This document shows positions 58,292 to 64,000 of a stretch of DNA of 64,000 nt, in pieces. The stretch comes from Burkholderiales bacterium. Lineage in GTDB: Bacteria; Pseudomonadota; Gammaproteobacteria; Burkholderiales; Burkholderiaceae_A. The notes beneath the pieces were generated by a model. The model saw only the letters and a program-made list of their open reading frames with translations. It was not told where the DNA came from and searched no databases. Within the stretch, counting starts at the first letter, position 1, and every line of letters starts with the position of its first letter. Where the stretch lies: positions 215,950 to 279,949 of the forward strand of contig JAIXOP010000015.1 of assembly GCA_027486725.1 (NCBI GenBank). The letters are read 5' to 3'. The position numbers and the translations under genes were made by a program.

Positions 58292-59470
58292 GATCGCCCG
58301 CTGCCCCACCGCCCTGGGCTGCGTGGCCTGCTGTTTTGGTTCTGGTTCGGTCTTGGCGAGCGCCCCCCCGTGGCCATCCGGCTCCTCTGGGGGGTCCTCA
58401 AGCCGGTGTTGTGGGCGGCAGCCAAGGCCGTCGCCTGGGTGGGCCATCGGCGGGCCGAGGCGCAGCGCCGCGCCCTCCCGCTGCACAAGGCCCCATCGGC
58501 CTCAGGGGCCTCAGGGGCCCATGGGGCCGCGGTGGAGGTCTGGGCCGTGGGCAACTGGATTGTGGGCGGTGCCGGCAAGACCCCCCTGGTCCAGGCCCTG
58601 TGCGCCGAGCTGCAGCACCAGGGGCGCCGACCGGGGGTGGTGAGTCGTGGTGTGGGCTCGAGCGCCCGCGGTGTGGTGGTGATCCCCGCCGGCGGCACGG
58701 CCTCGGCAGGGCGCATGGCCGGCGATGAGCCGGCGCTGCTTGCGCACCGGTGTGGGGTGCCGGTGGCCGCTGGGTCGGACCGCCGAGCCGCCGCCGAGAG
58801 CCTGCTGGCACAGCACCCAGACATCGACCTCATCCTGCTCGACGATGGGCTGACGCAGACCGCACTGCCGCCGTCGCGGCGCATCGCGGTGATCGACGAA
58901 CGCCTGATGGGCAATGGGTGCTTGTTGCCCGCCGGCCCGCTTCGCCGCCCCTGGCCACCGCTCCCAGGCGAAGCCCCCGATGTGGTGGTCTTTCGCGATC
59001 GAAGCGCCCGAGCGTTGGCCGAGCAGGCCCACCTTCTGCAGGGCGCCGGCAGCCCCACGGTCCGCGAGCTCCGGCTCGATGTGGTCGGACTCCAGTCCCT
59101 CTCGGTGGTCGATGGAAACGTGGTTCGGTCTGTGCCCACCCCTGCCCAGGGCTCCGGAGGGCCAGCGCTCGCGCTGGCCGCCATTGCGGTGCCCGAGCGC
59201 TTTTTTGACATGCTGAGGCAGATGGGCCATCGCCTAGAAAGAAGCGCTGCCCTGCCCGACCATGCCCAGGGCCTGATCCCTGCCATTGATGCGCTGGTGG
59301 GCATTCGCTCCCCCGAGCCCTGGCCCATCCTCATAACCGAAAAAGATCAGGTCAAACTGATCGCCGAAGTGGATGCCCTGCTTCGTGCCGGCCAGCCGAT
59401 CCCTGCCTGGCTTCCCCGCTGCCAGGCTGTTCTTTTGTATTGCCATTTCTCATCCCCCGCGCATCCATGA
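58217..59470 (+). CDS. lpxK: Tetraacyldisaccharide 4'-kinase
   Basis: VGNWIVGGAGKTP, VVSRG, GDEP, LLDDGL, GNGCLLPAGPLR, PDH, ITEKDQVK. Start uncertain (TTG 58217 or later, e.g. GTG 58370). Confidence 0.88.
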   Translation: MTDETPPANHRSPQRLPHSSTDLSTDRPLPHRPGLRGLLFWFWFGLGERPPVAIRLLWGVLKPVLWAAAKAVAWVGHRRAEAQRRALPLHKAPSASGASGAHGAAVEVWAVGNWIVGGAGKTPLVQALCAELQHQGRRPGVVSRGVGSSARGVVVIPAGGTASAGRMAGDEPALLAHRCGVPVAAGSDRRAAAESLLAQHPDIDLILLDDGLTQTALPPSRRIAVIDERLMGNGCLLPAGPLRRPWPPLPGEAPDVVVFRDRSARALAEQAHLLQGAGSPTVRELRLDVVGLQSLSVVDGNVVRSVPTPAQGSGGPALALAAIAVPERFFDMLRQMGHRLERSAALPDHAQGLIPAIDALVGIRSPEPWPILITEKDQVKLIAEVDALLRAGQPIPAWLPRCQAVLLYCHFSSPAHP

Positions 59471-60288
59471 CCCCGACCCCCACCGCCCCACCGAACGATT
59501 TCTGGATCTGCCTGCCCGCACGACTCTCGTCGAGCCGACTGCCGCGCAAGCCTCTGCTCGACATCCACGGCCTGCCGATGGTGGTGCGGGCAGCCCAGGC
59601 TGCCCGGGCCAGCCGAGCCAGCCGCGTGGTGGTCGCCACCGACGCTGCAGAGATTGCCGACGTGGTGTCGGCGCACGGCTTCGAGGTGGTGATGACCCGC
59701 GAATCGCACCCCTCGGGAACCGACCGGCTCGCCGAGGTCGCCGAGGCGTTGGCAGCCCCCGACCAACAGCCGATCATCAACCTGCAGGGCGACGAGCCAC
59801 TCATGCCAGCGGCAGTGATCCATGCCCTCGCTGACCGGCTTCTGGCCAGCCCCGAGGCCTCGGTGGTGACCGCCGTCTGTCCCGTCAACTCCGAGGCGGA
59901 GCTGCGCGCTCCGAGCGCAGTCAAGGCGGTGCTCGCCCACGACGGGCGGGCCCTCTACTTCTCGCGGGCCCCGATCCCGTGGGACCGAGACGCCTGGGCC
60001 ACATCCGGCATGCCCACCTTGACGGACCACCCACACTGGCGCCACCTGGGTCTCTATGGCTACCGCGCTGGCGCATTGCGGGCCTATGCCACCTGGCCCG
60101 AGTCGGCCCTCGAGCAAGTCGAGAAGCTCGAGCAACTCCGCTGGCTGGAGCGGGGGCACATCATCCAGACCATCGTCCTCAAGACCCCGCCCCCGCCCGG
60201 GGTGGACACTGCCGAGGACCTGGAGCGGGTGCGGCGGGAATACACCAAGGCGCAGGGCGCCCGGGGTCAGCAGCCGGCTTCTCTATAA
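59467..60288 (+). CDS. kdsB: 3-deoxy-manno-octulosonate cytidylyltransferase
   Basis: PARLSSSRLPRKPL, VATD, HPSGTDRL, NLQGDEP, LYFSRAPIP, HLGLYGYR, EKLEQLR, GVDT. Confidence 0.95.
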   Translation: MTPTPTAPPNDFWICLPARLSSSRLPRKPLLDIHGLPMVVRAAQAARASRASRVVVATDAAEIADVVSAHGFEVVMTRESHPSGTDRLAEVAEALAAPDQQPIINLQGDEPLMPAAVIHALADRLLASPEASVVTAVCPVNSEAELRAPSAVKAVLAHDGRALYFSRAPIPWDRDAWATSGMPTLTDHPHWRHLGLYGYRAGALRAYATWPESALEQVEKLEQLRWLERGHIIQTIVLKTPPPPGVDTAEDLERVRREYTKAQGARGQQPASL

Positions 60289-60999
<711 letters not shown>

Positions 61000-61055
61000 A
61001 ACACCGAGCCCCTTGGGGTGACGCAGGGGTGACGCAGGCCCGGTTGCCGCGCGGG

Positions 61056-61373
61056 CTAGACCGCTGCGTCGTCCGGCACAGCCTGCATGGGCAGATCGTT
61101 GTCCCGGGCAAAGCCACAGACAAACTGCCAGGCCATCGGCTCGAGCGCCTCGACGCGCCGATCGATCACCACGCACTTGACTCCATCCTGGGTGATGGGC
61201 TGGGCATAGGGCGAAAAGCCCTGGAGCAATCGACGCAGGCCCCCGGACTGGTAACCCGGCCGATACTCCGCCATGACCCCGCAGAGGCGCTCTGCCCAAT
61301 CGCTGGGACGAAACACTTTCCCAGCATGGGTTTTGCCCAGAATGATGTAGCGCTGTGGCGGTGAGGTGTTCAC
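61056..61373 (-). CDS. DUF3579-family protein
   Basis: IILGKTHAGKVFRPSDWAERLCGVM, SPY..P, FARDNDL. GTG start inferred at 61373. Confidence 0.8.
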   Translation of the reverse strand: MNTSPPQRYIILGKTHAGKVFRPSDWAERLCGVMAEYRPGYQSGGLRRLLQGFSPYAQPITQDGVKCVVIDRRVEALEPMAWQFVCGFARDNDLPMQAVPDDAAV

Positions 61374-61410
61374 GCGCGGTATTCTACGGACTGCGCAAAA
61401 CATGGTTTGA

Positions 61411-62676
61411 ATGATGAGCTCCGCACTGCCCCCCAACATGGCCAATCCGGCGACCAATCCTGCTGAAATCAATGGCCTGCCCGCGGTCATGGGCACCTAT
61501 GCCCGCCTGCCGATTGGCCTGGTCCGCGGCGAGGGGGCTCGGGTCTGGGACGAGTCGGGGCGCTGCTACCTCGACGGGCTCTCTGGCATTGCCGTCAATA
61601 CCCTGGGGCACAACCACCCCGGGCTGGTGGCGGGCCTGCGCGAGCAGGTGGGACTGCTCATCCACACCTCCAACCTCTATCACGTGCCTCTGCAGACCGC
61701 GCTGGCCGAGCGTCTGGTGGCCCTCTCCGGCATGGAGAACGTTTTTTTCTGCAACTCGGGCCTCGAGGCCAACGAAGCAGCCCTCAAGATGGCGCGCAAG
61801 CATGGCCATCAGCGCGGCCACGACCATCCGCGGGTGATGGTCTTTGAGGGCGCATTCCACGGCCGCTCCATCGCGACCCTGTCGGCCACCGCCAACCCCA
61901 AGGTGCACAAAGGATTCGAGCCCCTGCTGGATGACTTCGTGCGGGTGCCCATCAACGACCTGGCTGCCGCGGAGCAGGCCATCGCCCAGCACCCCGAGAT
62001 CTCGGCCATCTTCATCGAATCGGTCCAGGGCGAGGGGGGCATCCGCCCCGCCGACATGGCCTATCTGCGCAGCCTTCGCGCACTGTGCGACCAGCACGAC
62101 CTGCTGCTCATGCTCGACGAGGTCCAATGCGGCATCGGCCGCACCGGCAAGTGGTTTGCCCACCAATGGGCCGATGTTCTTCCCGACGTCATGCCCCTGG
62201 CCAAGGGCCTGGGTTCGGGCGTGCCCATCGGGGCCGTCGTGGCCCGGGGCAAGGCTGCGCGGCTCTTCGAGCCCGGCAATCATGGCACCACCTTTGGCGG
62301 CAATCCGCTGGCCATGCGGGCGGGCCTCGAGACCCTCAAGGCCATCGAGACCGAGGGCCTGATGGCCAACGCCGAGGCCCGGGGCGCCCAAATCATGTCG
62401 GGCCTCGCCCGGGAGCTTGCCGGCCAGTCGGGCGTGGTCGAGATTCGCGGTAAGGGCCTGATGATCGGCGTGGAGCTCTGGCAGCCCTGCGCATCCATCG
62501 TGGCCGACTGCCTGGCCAAAGGCCTATTGATCAATGTGACCGCCGACCGGGTCGTGCGCATCCTGCCGCCGCTGATCCTGAGCGCAGCCGAGGCCGATGA
62601 ACTCGTCGCCATCGTCTCGGGCAGCATCCGCGACTTCCTCATTCAATCCCGCGAGGCGGTGGCCGCAGCAGCCTAG
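61411..62676 (+). CDS. argD: Acetylornithine aminotransferase
   Basis: YLDGLSGIAVNTLGHNHP, CNSGLEANE, FHGRS, ESVQGEGG, DEVQCG.GRTG, LAKGLG, HGTTFGGNPL. Upstream of argF; start uncertain (61411-61438). Confidence 0.92.
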   Translation: MMSSALPPNMANPATNPAEINGLPAVMGTYARLPIGLVRGEGARVWDESGRCYLDGLSGIAVNTLGHNHPGLVAGLREQVGLLIHTSNLYHVPLQTALAERLVALSGMENVFFCNSGLEANEAALKMARKHGHQRGHDHPRVMVFEGAFHGRSIATLSATANPKVHKGFEPLLDDFVRVPINDLAAAEQAIAQHPEISAIFIESVQGEGGIRPADMAYLRSLRALCDQHDLLLMLDEVQCGIGRTGKWFAHQWADVLPDVMPLAKGLGSGVPIGAVVARGKAARLFEPGNHGTTFGGNPLAMRAGLETLKAIETEGLMANAEARGAQIMSGLARELAGQSGVVEIRGKGLMIGVELWQPCASIVADCLAKGLLINVTADRVVRILPPLILSAAEADELVAIVSGSIRDFLIQSREAVAAAA

Positions 62677-62793
62677 ATTTTCTTGAGGGGTTGGGCAGGC
62701 CCAAGGCCGGCCCGTCGCCCTTCGCCCCCATCGCCCCTCCATCGCCCAATCCGGGCAGACCCGCAGCCTGCGGCCTCTGCCCTCCCCGCCTCC

Positions 62794-63720
62794 ATGAATC
62801 AGCCCCTTCAGCACTTCCTTCGCTTCAACGACCTCGATCCCCAGACCATCGAGCACATCTTCGCGCGCACGCGGATCATCAAAGACCGCTTCAAGCGCTA
62901 CGAGCGCTACATGCCGCTGCAAGACCGCACGCTCGTGATGATCTTCGAGAAAGCCTCCACCCGCACCCGCCTGTCTTTCGAGGCAGGCATGCACCAGCTC
63001 GGTGGCGCAGCCATCTATCTCAATACCCGAGACACCCAGCTCGGCCGGGGTGAGCCCGTGGAGGACGCCGCGCAGGTCATCTCCCGCATGTGCGATTTGG
63101 TGATGATCCGCACCTTCGAGCAGGAGATCATTGAGCGCTTCGCCGCCAACTCTCGCGTGCCGGTGATCAACGGGCTCACCAACGAGTACCACCCCTGCCA
63201 GATCCTTGCCGACATCATGACCTTCATCGAGCACCGCGGCAGCATCCGGGGCAAAACGGTGGCCTGGATCGGCGACTCCAACAATGTCTGCAATACCTGG
63301 CTGCAGGCCGCAGAGCTGCTCGACTTCCAGGTTCATGTCTCCACGCCGCCCGGGTATGAGGTCGAGCCCGAGCGCGCAGGCCTCTACGGCAGCGGCCACT
63401 TCGAGCAATTCACCGACCCCATGGAGGCAGCGCGCGGCGCCCACCTCGTCACCACCGACGTCTGGACCAGCATGGGCTTTGAGGCCGAGAACGATGCCCG
63501 GCGCAAGGCCTTCGCCGACTGGCAGGTCGATGCCGAGATGATGTCGGTGGCCGCCCGCGACGCCGTGTTCATGCACTGCCTGCCGGCCCACCGCGGCGAG
63601 GAGGTTGCCGCCGAGGTGATCGATGGCCCCCAGTCGGTCGTCTGGGACGAGGCTGAGAATCGGCTGCATGTGCAAAAGGCACTCATGGAGACCCTGCTGC
63701 TTGGCAAGGTCAACACCTAG
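62794..63720 (+). CDS. argF: Ornithine carbamoyltransferase
   Basis: FEKASTRTRLSFE, HPCQ, TDVWTSMG, HCLP, AENRLH. Confidence 0.96.
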   Translation: MNQPLQHFLRFNDLDPQTIEHIFARTRIIKDRFKRYERYMPLQDRTLVMIFEKASTRTRLSFEAGMHQLGGAAIYLNTRDTQLGRGEPVEDAAQVISRMCDLVMIRTFEQEIIERFAANSRVPVINGLTNEYHPCQILADIMTFIEHRGSIRGKTVAWIGDSNNVCNTWLQAAELLDFQVHVSTPPGYEVEPERAGLYGSGHFEQFTDPMEAARGAHLVTTDVWTSMGFEAENDARRKAFADWQVDAEMMSVAARDAVFMHCLPAHRGEEVAAEVIDGPQSVVWDEAENRLHVQKALMETLLLGKVNT

Positions 63721-63789
63721 GCCAGCTTCGTTTAAAGTCTTGCCCCATCCAGTCTTGCCCCATCTCGTTCATTCAGAAAGCGTTCTTCC

Positions 63790-64000
63790 ATGGCGTCCTC
63801 CAGCAAATCCACATCCAATCCCTCCGCATCCAACGTCAAGAAGGTGGTGCTGGCCTACTCCGGTGGCCTCGACACGTCGGTCATCTTGAAGTGGCTGCAG
63901 GACACCTACGGCTGTGAGGTGATCACCTTCACCGCCGACATTGGTCAGGGCGAAGAGGTGGAGCCGGCGCGCGCGAAAGCCAAGGCCTTCGGCGCAAAAA
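63790..64000 (+). CDS. argG: Argininosuccinate synthase (3'-truncated by window edge)
   Basis: Manual translation from ATG 63790 gives ...[41 protein letters not shown]. Confidence 0.93.
   Translation, partial: MASSSKSTSNPSASNVKKVVLAYSGGLDTSVILKWLQDTYGCEVITFTADIGQGEEVEPARAKAKAFGAK

Overview
GC-rich, very densely packed chromosomal segment. Gene content and order (aat-bpt-pyrD, ribF-ileS-lspA-coaBC-dut, clpA-clpS-cspD-icd, lpxK-kdsB-adk, argD-argF-argG) point to a betaproteobacterium, probably Burkholderiales (inference). About 60 protein-coding genes are supportable. I found no rRNA, tRNA, CRISPR array, IS or prophage. The most unusual part is the first ~8.9 kb, cut off by the left edge. It encodes a Cys-substituted metallophosphoesterase-like protein, an MTAP-type phosphorylase, DUF3047, a MauE/DoxX-chalcone-isomerase-fold fusion, a frameshifted DUF547 lipoprotein, a COG1964/Tes-like radical SAM enzyme, an atypical nucleoside hydrolase, and PhoX with a candidate Pho box. 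This is a candidate uncharacterised radical-SAM pathway. Non-coding signals include about ten genes with a -10-like hexamer 6-8 nt before the start codon (apparent leaderless mRNAs) and a bidirectional -10 element shared by hrpA and argA. There is also a DnaA-box/IHF/AT-rich element between sodB and lpxK, many convergent gene overlaps (up to 219 bp) and scattered short tandem duplications. An fccAB sulfide dehydrogenase pair suggests sulfide oxidation. Family calls are from motif recognition only; no database searches were run.
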